From Waddliaceae bacterium (GTDB lineage Bacteria; Chlamydiota; Chlamydiia; Chlamydiales; SLFE01), in NCBI GenBank assembly GCA_963783885.1, contig CAWAPJ010000029.1, positions 60,430-124,429 on the forward strand: 64,000 nt of DNA, given 5' to 3'. Below are positions 17,846 through 28,355 of this stretch, in pieces. Made by a program: the position numbers and the translations under genes. Below the pieces are notes generated by a model, which saw only the letters and a list, made by a program, of their open reading frames with translations, did not search any database and was not told the DNA's origin. How positions within the stretch are numbered: the first letter of the stretch is position 1; every line of letters begins with the position of its first letter.

Positions 17846-19476
17846 CGTTTCACTTTGACAAGCTCTTCCTCGGCGGGGTGGACCTGATCGAATTCCAGGC
17901 AGTAGGTTTCTCCGCTTGCAGGACAGCGGGCGAAGAGGGGTTCTCCGTCACTCGCCTGCAAGGGAAGGTCGAGCTTTTCGCCGTGGCGGCTCATCCAGCC
18001 CGTTTGCCTTGCGGGGCTGCCGACCATAAGAGCGTAAGGTTTGACGTTTTGAATCACGACGGCGCCGGCGCCGATGAAGCAATACTCTCCAAGCTCAATT
18101 CCGCAAAGGATTGTCGCATTCGCGCCTATGGTGGCGCCTCTTTTGACAAGAGTTTTGAGATAGTGGTCTCTCCGGACCACCTCACTTCGGGGGTTTCTGA
18201 TATTGGTGAAAACCATGCTGGGTCCGAGGAAGACGTGATCTTCTAAGACGACTCCCGAGTAGACGCTGACATTGTTTTGAATTTTGACGTTGCTCCCTAT
18301 TTCGACATGCGGGGCGACATAGACATTTTGACCTATGCGGCATTTCGATCCGATTTTCGTTTTATCTGAAATATGCGTGTAGTGCCAAATGGTTGTTTCT
18401 TCCCCGATAGCGGCGCCGGCATCGACTGTGGCGGTCGGGTGGACCTGTAGGGAATGATGAGCGCGCATTTGGGATGGATTTTTAGCTTCACCGCCATCTT
18501 CGAGACTCTTTTGAGCGGCCTGCAGTACCTGAAGGACGCGCAGCCCCTCTTCTCCATCGGTAAGCGGTGTTTTCCTCTCTTGGCAGCATAAGAGAAAATG
18601 GCGGCACTCCTCTTTGAGCGGTTCGAGCTGGGGCGGGTCCATAGGCTCGGGATCGGACTGAGCGGCAACGGGGGATTTGCCGTCGCTCCACTTGACATGT
18701 TCTCTGAAAATAACGAGTTTTTCTCCCCAGGGTTTTGTGTCGTCAAAAACCGCGAGGCCATTGGAGCCGACGACAGTCATTTTTTGTTCCTTGAAGGGGC
18801 TAAGCCAACTGACATAAATGTGTGCTTGAACACCGCCGGGGAATTTCAAAACCGTCAGAGCTTTATCCTCTACTCCTTCTGACAGGAAGGAGGCGCCTTC
18901 GCAGCGCACCTTTTCCGGAAGGCGGCCGCCGCAAAGAGAAAGGATAACCGAAACGTCGTGGGGAGCAAAATTCCAGAGGGCGTTTTCCTCGGTACGGTAG
19001 CTTCCAAGGTTTAGCCGGTTGGAGGTGATATATTGAATTTTTCCGAGGTCGCCTTTTGAGACAAGTTCCTGAAGTTTGCGGACGCATGGGTGGTATTGAA
19101 GCAGGTGGCCGACCATAAGCAGGCATTCCTGCTCATCGGCAATGTGGATAAGCTCTTTGGCTTCGGCGCAGTCCAGGCACAGGGGTTTTTCGACATAGAC
19201 GTCTTTCTCTGCGAGAAGAGCTTGCTTGGCTAGCTCGTAGTGTTGAAACGCCGGTGCGGCGATGGCGATTTGCTTGATCTTAGGATTGCCGAGGACTTCC
19301 GAAAAATCGGCGGTCAAAGCAACATCTGGATACTTTTCTTTGTAAGTTTGCAGCAAATCGCTGTCGGTATCGCATATTGTATGGAGGGCTCCAAGGCTGG
19401 AAAAATTTCTCGCAAGATTTTTTCCCCAATATCCGGCCCCGATTAAGGCGCATGTTTTTGGAAACTTGTCTTTCAT
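17842..19476 (-). CDS. Fusion of Gfo/Idh/MocA 3-dehydrogenase (WbpB-like) and hexapeptide N-acetyltransferase (WbpD-like)
   Basis: GAGYWG, EKP, VGHLL.YHP, PHD; then [38 protein letters not shown]; start at MKDKFPK (ATGA overlap). Confidence 0.88.
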   Translation of the reverse strand: MKDKFPKTCALIGAGYWGKNLARNFSSLGALHTICDTDSDLLQTYKEKYPDVALTADFSEVLGNPKIKQIAIAAPAFQHYELAKQALLAEKDVYVEKPLCLDCAEAKELIHIADEQECLLMVGHLLQYHPCVRKLQELVSKGDLGKIQYITSNRLNLGSYRTEENALWNFAPHDVSVILSLCGGRLPEKVRCEGASFLSEGVEDKALTVLKFPGGVQAHIYVSWLSPFKEQKMTVVGSNGLAVFDDTKPWGEKLVIFREHVKWSDGKSPVAAQSDPEPMDPPQLEPLKEECRHFLLCCQERKTPLTDGEEGLRVLQVLQAAQKSLEDGGEAKNPSQMRAHHSLQVHPTATVDAGAAIGEETTIWHYTHISDKTKIGSKCRIGQNVYVAPHVEIGSNVKIQNNVSVYSGVVLEDHVFLGPSMVFTNIRNPRSEVVRRDHYLKTLVKRGATIGANATILCGIELGEYCFIGAGAVVIQNVKPYALMVGSPARQTGWMSRHGEKLDLPLQASDGEPLFARCPASGETYCLEFDQVHPAEEELVKVKR

Positions 19477-20579
19477 GACAGGGCCTCTACTGCTGCTGAT
19501 TCTTTGACTGATTCGACAATGAAGTCTTGCGCCTCTTCTGTCAACCAGGGATGCATGGGCAGGCTGAGTACCTCTCCGCAGACCTGCTCGGTGACAGGAA
19601 AAGCTTCTTTGGAAATTTCGAGGGATGCATAAGCCGGTTGGGTGTATATCGGAGTGGGGTAATAGACAGAGTTTGGGATCCCTTTTTCTTTCAGGCAAGC
19701 CGCGACTCTGTCTCTTTCGGGAATGCGGATGGTGTAGATGGCAAACGTGGAAGTGTAATTGTCTCTTATGACGGGGACAATGCAAATGTCTTTTAGAAGA
19801 TGATTATAGCGGTTTCCGATGGCGCTTCTCCTTTCGATTTCTTCGGGAAAGTAGGGAAGCTTGGTTTTGATGACAGCAGCCTGGATCGTATCAAACCGGC
19901 CGTTCATTCCAATTCTAGTGTATTCATGCCTGTTGACTCCGCCATGGATTCGGATAGCTTTTAGGGTCTCGGCAAGATCGTCGCTGTCGGTAAACAGCGC
20001 TCCACCGTCCCCGTAACAGCCCAGAGGTTTGGCCGGGAAGAAGCTTGTCGACCCGATGGTTGTCATGCCGCAGCTTTGCTTGCCATTCAAAGTGGAGCCA
20101 AATGTTTGCGCGGCGTCTTCAATCACGGGGAGGTTGTGTTTTTTGGCAATGGCGTTAATAGCAGGAAGGTCGGGCATATGGCCGAAGAGTCCGACCGGCA
20201 TGATGGCTTTAGTTTTCGGGGTAATGGCCGCTTCGATGAGGTCGGGGTTGATGTTGTAGGTGTCGAGTTCGATATCGACGAAAACCGGTATGGCCCCTAG
20301 AAACGAGATGGTCTCGACAGTCGAGATGAAGGTAAAGGGTGTCGTGATCACTTCGTCGCCGGGCTTGATATCCAATGCCATCATGGACATCAGGAGAGTG
20401 TCGGTGCCGCTGGAGGCCGTGACGCAGTGCTTGACACCGACAAAGTCGGCAAGCAGGGATTCGACTTCGCGAACCTGCGGGCCCATGATATACTGGCTCG
20501 AATCTAAGACTTCGTGAATCGCTTCGTCTATTTCTTTTTTATATTTTTGGTATTGGGTTTTTAAGTCTATAAAATCCAT
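19473..20579 (-). CDS. DegT/DnrJ/EryC1 sugar aminotransferase (WbpE-like)
   Basis: [33 protein letters not shown]. Confidence 0.92.
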   Translation of the reverse strand: MDFIDLKTQYQKYKKEIDEAIHEVLDSSQYIMGPQVREVESLLADFVGVKHCVTASSGTDTLLMSMMALDIKPGDEVITTPFTFISTVETISFLGAIPVFVDIELDTYNINPDLIEAAITPKTKAIMPVGLFGHMPDLPAINAIAKKHNLPVIEDAAQTFGSTLNGKQSCGMTTIGSTSFFPAKPLGCYGDGGALFTDSDDLAETLKAIRIHGGVNRHEYTRIGMNGRFDTIQAAVIKTKLPYFPEEIERRSAIGNRYNHLLKDICIVPVIRDNYTSTFAIYTIRIPERDRVAACLKEKGIPNSVYYPTPIYTQPAYASLEISKEAFPVTEQVCGEVLSLPMHPWLTEEAQDFIVESVKESAAVEALS

Positions 20580-20586
20580 TGATTCC

Positions 20587-21927
20587 TCAAGCTTGATAAA
20601 CATTTTCTTTTCGGGGTAAAAAATTTCGCGTATCGACAGTGGGAATGCCGTAGGATAAAATCTCGTCGGCACAAAAGCAGCTGTGTTTTGTCGCGATCAC
20701 AAAACAGTCGTATTGATCTGACAAGGGACGGCTTTTCCTTCCGGCCAGCTTCGGGTAGCGCCGGGTCGGGGGAAGTTCGGGAAAGTAGGGGTCGTGAAAG
20801 TCGACAAGGGCGCCTTTTTGTTCCATCAGCCGTATCAACTCGAGACTGGGGCTTTCCCTCATGTCATCGACGTCTTCTTTGTAGGAGAGGCCGAGAATTA
20901 AAATTTTTGCCCCTCTCATCGCTTTTCCATAGTCATTGAGGCAGTCCTGCACTTTCCCGATAACATAATGGGGCATGTTTCGATTGATTTCTCCGGCCAG
21001 TTCGATAAACCGCGTGGCTGCGCCGCATTCCCGGGCTTTCCATGAGAGGTAAAAAGGATCGATCGGTATGCAATGCCCTCCAAGGCCCGGCCCCGGCCAA
21101 AAAGGCATAAAGCCGAAAGGCTTTGTCGCTGCCGCGTGGATGACCTCCCAGACATCGATCCCCATTTTATCGAGAATGATCTTCATTTCGTTGACCAAAG
21201 CGATATTGACGCTGCGAAAAATATTTTCAAACAGCTTGGCCGCTTCGGCCGCCTCGGCAGAGCTTAAGGGAATGACCTCGTCGACGATCAAGGAATAAAG
21301 CTCGACACCCAGATCGGTCGATGCTTCGTCCACCCCTCCCACTAGTTTCGGGGTATTTTTGGTTTTAAAATCCTTGTTTCCCGGGTCTTCTCTTTCAGGA
21401 CTGAAGCAAAGATGCAAATTTCGGCCGGTTTTGAGCCTTCCCCCTTTCTCCAGAATAGCTTGAACGACCTCCCGGGTTGTTCCCGGCCAGGTTGTGCTTT
21501 CCAAAGAGACAAGGGTACCCGCTTTTAGATACGGGGCGATCGACTCAGAGGTGCTGGTAATATAAGAAAGGTCGGGCTCCAAGTGTTCTGTCAAGGGAGT
21601 CGGGACGCAGATGATGACAGCGTCGCAGCTAGAAATTTGAGAAAAGTCCGAGGTTGCGGATAAAAACCCCCTCTTTCTGACAGTTTTCAACCGGTTTTCA
21701 TCGATGGTGTGGATATAGTTTCGATTGTTCGAAAGGTCGTCGATTTTCTGCTCGTCAATATCGAATCCAATAACGTGAATATCTGATTCAGAATAAGTTA
21801 AGGCTAGAGGATAGCCGACATATCCAAGGCCCACGATACCCACGGTCAATTCCTTGGAGCGGATTTTTTGATGTGAGATGCCCGATGTTTCAGGCAGCCG
21901 GCAGTTTGTCAATGCGGTCGCGGTCAT
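20587..21927 (-). CDS. UDP-N-acetylhexosamine 6-dehydrogenase (WbpA-like)
   Basis: GLGYVG, ICVPTP, ESTTWPGTT, SPEREDPGN, GGHCIPIDP, RESPS. Confidence 0.92.
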   Translation of the reverse strand: MTATALTNCRLPETSGISHQKIRSKELTVGIVGLGYVGYPLALTYSESDIHVIGFDIDEQKIDDLSNNRNYIHTIDENRLKTVRKRGFLSATSDFSQISSCDAVIICVPTPLTEHLEPDLSYITSTSESIAPYLKAGTLVSLESTTWPGTTREVVQAILEKGGRLKTGRNLHLCFSPEREDPGNKDFKTKNTPKLVGGVDEASTDLGVELYSLIVDEVIPLSSAEAAEAAKLFENIFRSVNIALVNEMKIILDKMGIDVWEVIHAAATKPFGFMPFWPGPGLGGHCIPIDPFYLSWKARECGAATRFIELAGEINRNMPHYVIGKVQDCLNDYGKAMRGAKILILGLSYKEDVDDMRESPSLELIRLMEQKGALVDFHDPYFPELPPTRRYPKLAGRKSRPLSDQYDCFVIATKHSCFCADEILSYGIPTVDTRNFLPRKENVYQA

Positions 21928-22092
21928 AGGAAAAAGTCACCTCAAAATGAGATACCACATTATCAATTTCCGGGTTATTCCTCAAGGGAAATGAGAAAAT
22001 CGGTTGGCTAAAAGAAACTGTTGTTTTGACATATCCCCCATGGATAATTCCAGAAAATCCTTTAATTTATCCTATCCAAGTAAAACATTGAG

Positions 22093-22713
22093 CTAACAAG
22101 TCACTTGCAAATTTTGGTTTGCCGGGTAGCAGGGGTGGAGCATGATCTTTTCGACGGCTTCTGAATGGGGCCCGTTTTTGGTGAAAATATCGTTGGATTC
22201 GATGCTAATCAGCTTCTCTTGGCAGGAGAAGGGGAGCGTGTCAATGTATTCTCTAAAAAGGTCCCGGATGCGGTTTCGATAGACAATCCCTGAGTCGCGC
22301 ACGGCGTCGACGGCGAAATTGTCGGTATCGCTTGAGGGTTCGACGAGGATAAGCAAATCATATTCCGTCTCGAGCCATTGCAAGGCAGCTTCTTTCAGCT
22401 TATCGTAATAGGGATGAGGGGTGTTTCTGTCGTGCCAGTAAACTATGGGGTCGAGCGAGCAGCGGTCCATAACGGCGACCTCGAACTGCTGGGCTTTGAC
22501 ATGTAGTTCTGCGCGGATCTGGGTGTGGATCATCCAGACCTCCGTATCGATTGTGGCCGCTTCATTAATGGGAAATGGGCAGGACCGGGCCTTTTCTTCG
22601 ACGATGGAAGCATTAAAATTACTTTCTTTTAACGCAACGCAAAGCTGATGTGTCAATGTGGTTTTTCCAACGCCATGCGTTCCGGTTATGGCAATCTTTT
22701 TCATGGGCAGCAT
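22093..22713 (-). CDS. P-loop nucleotide kinase-like protein (AAA_28/NadR-type)
   Basis: KIAITGTHGVGKTTL Walker A and DR motif (MDRCSLD); start may be 22704. Confidence 0.75.
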   Translation of the reverse strand: MLPMKKIAITGTHGVGKTTLTHQLCVALKESNFNASIVEEKARSCPFPINEAATIDTEVWMIHTQIRAELHVKAQQFEVAVMDRCSLDPIVYWHDRNTPHPYYDKLKEAALQWLETEYDLLILVEPSSDTDNFAVDAVRDSGIVYRNRIRDLFREYIDTLPFSCQEKLISIESNDIFTKNGPHSEAVEKIMLHPCYPANQNLQVTC

Positions 22714-22753
22714 CCCGGGTTTATTGAAAATTCAGCTTATACAACTTTTACTG

Positions 22754-23830
22754 TTAAAATGTCATGGCTTTTTTGAGTTTTTCCCGAATGAAAGAGTTCG
22801 ATTCTTTGAAGGGTTCCATCTGATGATTAACCCTCCAGAAAACAACATCTGCCAACAAGTTCCAGTCTTTCTCGATTTTTTTTGAAGGGATTAACTCGCA
22901 TCTCTTTTTAAACTCCACCTCCCTTTTCTTTGAATAACAGCGAAAAAGATAATGGAGATTTTCGGTTTGTTGGGGAAAGGCAATAATTGGTCCTTTTAAG
23001 CTTAAGTAATCGGCAGTCTCTTTTAAAAAGGTTTTTAATTCATCAGTCTTGCCGATTTCAATAGGTCCCCATTCGGTGGCGATGTGAAAGGTGCCTCCTT
23101 CGCCCTTTTCGACACCAATAGCGCCGCTTTTTTTGACCTGGGGCCCCATTGCATTGGGACCTTTCAGGTAGGTTTGATGGATTTGAGAGGTTCTTTGAGA
23201 TGGAGGAAGTCTTCTTGAGAGAAGAACTCGCAATTTGATGACTTCGACAAGGTAGGGAATTTTTCCCTTGAGTTCCGGAGGAAGGGCGTTTTCAGCTTCT
23301 TCGATTCCTTCGAGTTTGGAGAAGTGTCCCAATTCGAGGGATTTGAGTTCTTCTACTTCCCAGACTTTTTGAGTCTTTTGCAGTACCTCCAAGGGGTCGT
23401 AGTTGATCAAATTTAAAATGGGGCGGATTTTCCCGCAGAGCTTAGAGTATTTGACGATTGGCAAGGCTGCCGGATGTTCGGCATAGGGACCTACCAGGTC
23501 AATCTCGGGTTTAATGGTTCTGGCAACATAAGGGACCAGTCCCCGATTGCTGACATCTTCAGTTATGCGGCATATGGTCTTGCCGGGCAAAATCCTGTCG
23601 TCTCCGGGCGTTCCATAAGGAGCGTTAATAATCGTTGTTATAAGGGGAGGATTTTTCAGGGCAGAGCAGGTTGCTTGATGAACGCAAAGTTTATTATTGG
23701 CTATGGCGTCTGTCGCTTGGTGTTCTCGAAACTTGAAATAACCGCAGCTTGCAGCTCCTATGCCAAGAAAGACCCCGGCTCCATTTTTAAGCATAATAAC
23801 CTCCAAGGTGATTGTCATAATTATGTTCAT
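22754..23830 (-). CDS. Hypothetical protein with N-terminal hydrophobic anchor
   Basis: 358 aa ORF with no recognised motif. Confidence 0.7.
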   Translation of the reverse strand: MNIIMTITLEVIMLKNGAGVFLGIGAASCGYFKFREHQATDAIANNKLCVHQATCSALKNPPLITTIINAPYGTPGDDRILPGKTICRITEDVSNRGLVPYVARTIKPEIDLVGPYAEHPAALPIVKYSKLCGKIRPILNLINYDPLEVLQKTQKVWEVEELKSLELGHFSKLEGIEEAENALPPELKGKIPYLVEVIKLRVLLSRRLPPSQRTSQIHQTYLKGPNAMGPQVKKSGAIGVEKGEGGTFHIATEWGPIEIGKTDELKTFLKETADYLSLKGPIIAFPQQTENLHYLFRCYSKKREVEFKKRCELIPSKKIEKDWNLLADVVFWRVNHQMEPFKESNSFIREKLKKAMTF

Positions 23831-24023
23831 ACCTTTATCATTTAACGCAAATGAAAGCGTTGATTAGCAGTTATAAAGATTTAGACCGGCAACTCAGGGT
23901 ATGTTGTCAGATTCGGCGGATTTTGGACGGGAAAAATTCCATAAGGACTCTTGGTCTGATAGTTTTCCTTTTTCCTGGGGAGAAGTATTTCAAATTAATA
24001 GTGGAAATGAAGGAGCCGGCTCT

Positions 24024-25856
24024 ATGTGCGGGATAGCAGCCTTGTTCGGCCTGGGCAATGATTTAAGCGTTATCGATGAAATGACCGATATCGCAAGCCA
24101 CCGGGGCCCTGATGATCGGGGAGTGCAGCTGTTCCAGGGAGCCGCTTTAGGGCATCGCCGCCTCTCCATTCTCGATTTAACCGAGCATGGCCATCAGCCA
24201 ATGGCCTCTCATTGCGGCAGGTTTCATATTGTTTACAACGGCGAGATTTACAATTACAAAGAACTCAAAAGGGAGCTTGAAGGAAAAGGAGTCTGCTTTT
24301 CTTCTCATTCGGATACAGAAGTTCTCCTAAACGCCTTTTGCGAGTGGGGGAAGGATTGCCTTCACAAGCTGAACGGGATGTTCGCTTTTGTCATTTATGA
24401 CAAAGAGCAAAGACGTTTTTTTGCCGCAAGGGACCGCTTTGGCATCAAGCCTCTTTATTACTGGATTTCCCCTGCAGGGCTGATCGCTTTCGCATCGGAA
24501 ATCAAGCAATTTACCGCTCTTGAAGGATGGAGGCCCAGACTGAATCATCAGCTTGCCTATGATTTTCTCAATTGGGGGGTTCACGACCACACATCCGGAA
24601 CTCTGTTTTCCGGTGTGAACCAATTGAGAGGGGGTGAATATGCCCAAGGATCAATTGGCGAGTCTGAAATTTGCCCAAAAAAATGGTACGTTTTAAAAAC
24701 CCGGGGTCTAAAGATGTCCCCCGATGAAATCGCCAAGACTTATAGAGAGCTCCTTGCCGATTCGATAAGGCTGAGGCTAAGGGCTGATGTCTCGATCGGC
24801 TCCTGTCTTTCGGGAGGGCTCGATTCCTCCTCGATCGTCTGTCTGGTCGCAAAACAGCTACAATCACAGCAGGCAGCAGAGAAGCAGAAGACATTTTCCG
24901 CCTGTTCTCATGTTGAGCGGTTCGATGAAAAACGGTTTATCGACATCGTGATCGAAAAAACGGGGCACCGGGCGCACTTTATCTATCCGGATATCGAAGA
25001 TCTTTTTCGCGAGCTTGACTCCATCATATGGCATCAGGACGAACCGTTTGGTTCAACCAGTATTTTTGCCCAGTGGGAGGTATTCAAGCTGGCAAAAAGG
25101 GAGCAGACAAAAGTTCTTCTCGACGGACAGGGGGCCGATGAGCAGCTTGGAGGGTATACGTCCTCATACGGTTTTCATTTTTATAATCTCTATCGCTGCA
25201 TGAGGTGGTTAAAACTGTGGCAGGAAATGAGGCTTTCCCGGCCGACTCTTGGTTCGACGCTTCCTTTTAAGATGCTCGGAGCAAGAGTTTTGCCTGAAGT
25301 GGTGAAGCGTCCGCTTAGCAAGCTGTATCGACGGCCGGCAAGACGTCCCGAATGGTTGAATTTAAACATTCTCTTAGCAGATGACGTCTCGCCGTTTTTG
25401 TCTTTAGAAAGAAGCGGGCTGAAAGATTATTGCCAAACGATGATCGCCTCGTCCAGCCTGCCGATGCTTCTCCATTATGAAGACCGCGACTCTATGGCAT
25501 CATCAGTCGAGGCGAGGACGCCGTTTCTCGATTACCGGCTTGTGGAATTTGTTTTGGATCTTCCTTCCGAATGGCTGCTCGATCAGGGGACAACCAAAAG
25601 AGTTTTGCGCGAAGCTATGAAAGGGATCCTTCCTTCGGAGATTCTCGCCCGGCGGGATAAGATCGGCTTTGCCACTCCCGAAGAGGTGTGGGCTCGCCAT
25701 CCCGGCTTCTGCCATCTTCTTGAACAAGGGATCGCTTGTTCACAAGGGATGGTTACCCCTTCAGTCCTTAGTGATTTTGGGAGGGTGTTTACGGCTCGGT
25801 ATTGGCGTATCATTAGTTTTGGCAGGTGGATGGAGCTTTTCAAAGTGAGGCTTTAG
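24024..25856 (+). CDS. asnB: Asparagine synthase (glutamine-hydrolysing)-like amidotransferase
   Basis: MCGI start with AAGGAG RBS; HRGPD, GHRRLSILD, YNGEIYN, SGGLDSS, DGQGADE, EARTPFLD. Confidence 0.9.
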   Translation: MCGIAALFGLGNDLSVIDEMTDIASHRGPDDRGVQLFQGAALGHRRLSILDLTEHGHQPMASHCGRFHIVYNGEIYNYKELKRELEGKGVCFSSHSDTEVLLNAFCEWGKDCLHKLNGMFAFVIYDKEQRRFFAARDRFGIKPLYYWISPAGLIAFASEIKQFTALEGWRPRLNHQLAYDFLNWGVHDHTSGTLFSGVNQLRGGEYAQGSIGESEICPKKWYVLKTRGLKMSPDEIAKTYRELLADSIRLRLRADVSIGSCLSGGLDSSSIVCLVAKQLQSQQAAEKQKTFSACSHVERFDEKRFIDIVIEKTGHRAHFIYPDIEDLFRELDSIIWHQDEPFGSTSIFAQWEVFKLAKREQTKVLLDGQGADEQLGGYTSSYGFHFYNLYRCMRWLKLWQEMRLSRPTLGSTLPFKMLGARVLPEVVKRPLSKLYRRPARRPEWLNLNILLADDVSPFLSLERSGLKDYCQTMIASSSLPMLLHYEDRDSMASSVEARTPFLDYRLVEFVLDLPSEWLLDQGTTKRVLREAMKGILPSEILARRDKIGFATPEEVWARHPGFCHLLEQGIACSQGMVTPSVLSDFGRVFTARYWRIISFGRWMELFKVRL

Positions 25857-27059
25857 AAATTCAACAATCTGGAGGGCAGTGATGCGTTCTTCCCTTTTCA
25901 GCTTCCAGCAGCGCCACAGAAGATATTTTAGGATATCGTCCTCGGGGGGTTCTTTCATTTGTTTGAGATATGCTTCGAGGTTGCTTCGATATTGCCTATA
26001 GGCGTATTCCAGTTTGTAACGCATCTGATACTTGTAGGCTTCTTGAAATCTATCGGCATCTTTCAACCATGCGGGTTCTTTCTCTCCGAGAAGCCTATAG
26101 ATGACCCAGCCAAGGCTCCAAATATCCATAGCAAATGGATTGGCTATAAATTTATTGTAAAGTTCCGGGTAAAAGAAGTGTTCAAAGAGCTCGGGAGGCC
26201 AGTAGCCAATTGTTCCTCCGATGCCGAGTGCAACTTTTACTTGAGTCAAGTGGCGCGCTTGTCCGAAGCCGTCAAGTTTGACGACTATGCGCCCTTCTAT
26301 AAGAGAAATCAGAGTATTTTCAACGCTTACATTGCCGTGAAGGTCTCCTCTGGAGTGCATATGATGGAGCAGGCCGGCAATTTGATAGACGATCGAAAGT
26401 TTATCCTGCAGAGACAAAGGTATTTCCTTGTCTTTGATGACATCGAACAAATCACGCTGCAGCAGTTCGCTGATTTCCATATGCTTTACATGAGCTTGTT
26501 TCTTGATAGTTCCGATATAGGGAAATTCATGGAAAAGTTTGGGAATCTGCGCACTTTGATATTTTTTTCGATATGTCATTTCCCTATCGATCCTGTTTAG
26601 CTCTATTGACCCGTCTCGGTTAGGAAGACAAATAGATTTGGTTTTTTTTATCAGAAGAGTTAATTGAGGCTTGTCCGAAAAATCAAAACAGAGCATGGGT
26701 TTGAAGCTTTTTTCCGAAGGATTTTTAGGGTCTTTTTTCTTGAGTCCAATTTTAGAAAGATATCCAAAAGCCTCGCGGAAGTTTTCGCTGATGATTGAAA
26801 GATTGCCGTTGATTCTGTCGATATCGGCTGTTTTCAGCATAATGCAGAGCTTTTTTTCTTGCGGAAGAACAATGCAGGTTCTTTTTATTTGCTTTTCAAG
26901 CCTATTGAAGACAATCGGATCTTCATTGTCTTCAATACTTACTGTTCTTTGGTAGAGATTGTAAATTCTTTTGAAGTCCGGTTGATTGAGCTGGGGTAAA
27001 AGGAGGCCTGCTAGACGATAAAATTCGTCAAAAGTTTTCGGCGGTTGATTACAGACCAT
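25761..27059 (-). CDS. Ser/Thr protein kinase-fold protein, probable pseudokinase
   Basis: HGNVSVEN (catalytic loop), LDGFG, GT.GYWPPE, DIWSLG, RERITA. Confidence 0.8.
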   Translation of the reverse strand: MVCNQPPKTFDEFYRLAGLLLPQLNQPDFKRIYNLYQRTVSIEDNEDPIVFNRLEKQIKRTCIVLPQEKKLCIMLKTADIDRINGNLSIISENFREAFGYLSKIGLKKKDPKNPSEKSFKPMLCFDFSDKPQLTLLIKKTKSICLPNRDGSIELNRIDREMTYRKKYQSAQIPKLFHEFPYIGTIKKQAHVKHMEISELLQRDLFDVIKDKEIPLSLQDKLSIVYQIAGLLHHMHSRGDLHGNVSVENTLISLIEGRIVVKLDGFGQARHLTQVKVALGIGGTIGYWPPELFEHFFYPELYNKFIANPFAMDIWSLGWVIYRLLGEKEPAWLKDADRFQEAYKYQMRYKLEYAYRQYRSNLEAYLKQMKEPPEDDILKYLLWRCWKLKREERITALQIVEFLKPHFEKLHPPAKTNDTPIPSRKHPPKITKD

Positions 27060-27065
27060 AGGACA

Positions 27066-28355
27066 TCACACAATGTATCGTTCCCACGCGCCATAGCGTT
27101 CTTTAATTTTGCCGCGGGGGAAGGTTAACGCAATCAAAAGCAACCCTACAATAATGTGGCTTATCAGTCCACCCCCATGAGAAAAGAAGAGCAAAAAGAA
27201 AGCAAAAATCCCGAAAAACAGATTGATAAAACGTGCCGCTCTGACCACTTCTGCCATGGAAATGATGGAGATGGCCACGACCAAAGCTCCGATAATGTGG
27301 TCCAGATCTCCCACTAGTTTCGGCTCGTCCAGAACATGCGGCGAAAACATCAGCCAAAGTCCCAGGATCGCTGTTAACCACAGGTTCCAGGGGAAGCTTA
27401 TCCCCCAAATCATCGAGCCTGCCATTTTATACGAAGCGACAGAAGGGGTTCTGCTGTCGGTTTCTTCACCCTCGGCATGGCCGCCGCGCCAAAAGACTTT
27501 TGAGAAGTTTCCTTTCTTTTTCGCTTGGTGGAGAAAGTGGAGGACAGCGATCACTTCATCGATGGCAAGAGCAATCATAAAGAGCATGCACACTGCGGTG
27601 AGCAGGCACCAGAAGCACCAGTGGCCAACCATAATCGGCTGAAGCATAATCAGCACAATGCTTGTAAAACCGAGAGGAACGACCAGGATCGCAAAAAGAA
27701 CAACGAACCAAGGGATTGTATGCCATCTTTTCACCCCTCCATGCGCTCCCATAAGAGTTTCTATTGTGTAGGCCATAGCGCCAAGCCCTGCGTCAGCAAC
27801 AGGAAATTCTTTTGACACTGTAGACGTAATCACATCCCGGGTGCCGTTTCCAAAGACAGGGTCGTAGACGTTGTCCAGGTATCCCAGCTGATAGCAGGCC
27901 ATGTAGCGGGCGAACATCCAGGCAAAGAATCCCAGGAAGATAATCGGAATTCTTTGCGGCCAGGAAGAGGGGTTGTAGGACCACCCTTCGGGAATTGAAG
28001 CGCCCCCCACAGCCTCTTCGATGGGGTCTCTAGGGATGAGTACGGCAAGAGCGATCACTAAAGCGCCTACAAGAGTATCATTCAAATAGGTAACCGCCTC
28101 AGGAGCCCAGAAAGCAAGCGGAGCGAACTGCAGCCAAACCGCGACAACCGACAGGGCCCATCTTGGCCATATTTGCCTGAAGGTGAGGTCGTAGAGGCTG
28201 ATCACAATCAGCAGGATTCCGCAGACAATATCGCTCACAGCCATCGGCAGGCTGTGCTGCGTGAATGAAAAGGTGCAGGCGATCAGCCAAAGCCCCAGTC
28301 CGATAACCGCATAATGGGTCCAGAAACTTTTATTTTGATGTAAATTATTTTGCAT
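27066..28355 (-). CDS. Vitamin K epoxide reductase (VKOR)-family membrane protein with SPW repeats
   Basis: GWSYNPSSWPQR, FPVADAGLG, WCFWC CxxC motif, flanking G.WL...P repeats. Confidence 0.82.
   Translation of the reverse strand: MQNNLHQNKSFWTHYAVIGLGLWLIACTFSFTQHSLPMAVSDIVCGILLIVISLYDLTFRQIWPRWALSVVAVWLQFAPLAFWAPEAVTYLNDTLVGALVIALAVLIPRDPIEEAVGGASIPEGWSYNPSSWPQRIPIIFLGFFAWMFARYMACYQLGYLDNVYDPVFGNGTRDVITSTVSKEFPVADAGLGAMAYTIETLMGAHGGVKRWHTIPWFVVLFAILVVPLGFTSIVLIMLQPIMVGHWCFWCLLTAVCMLFMIALAIDEVIAVLHFLHQAKKKGNFSKVFWRGGHAEGEETDSRTPSVASYKMAGSMIWGISFPWNLWLTAILGLWLMFSPHVLDEPKLVGDLDHIIGALVVAISIISMAEVVRAARFINLFFGIFAFFLLFFSHGGGLISHIIVGLLLIALTFPRGKIKERYGAWERYIV

Noticed and set aside
19477-19785. 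His/Cys-rich N-terminal extension of the 647-aa ORF
   Set aside because: It overlaps the aminotransferase in another frame; the real start is at the ATGA junction at 19476
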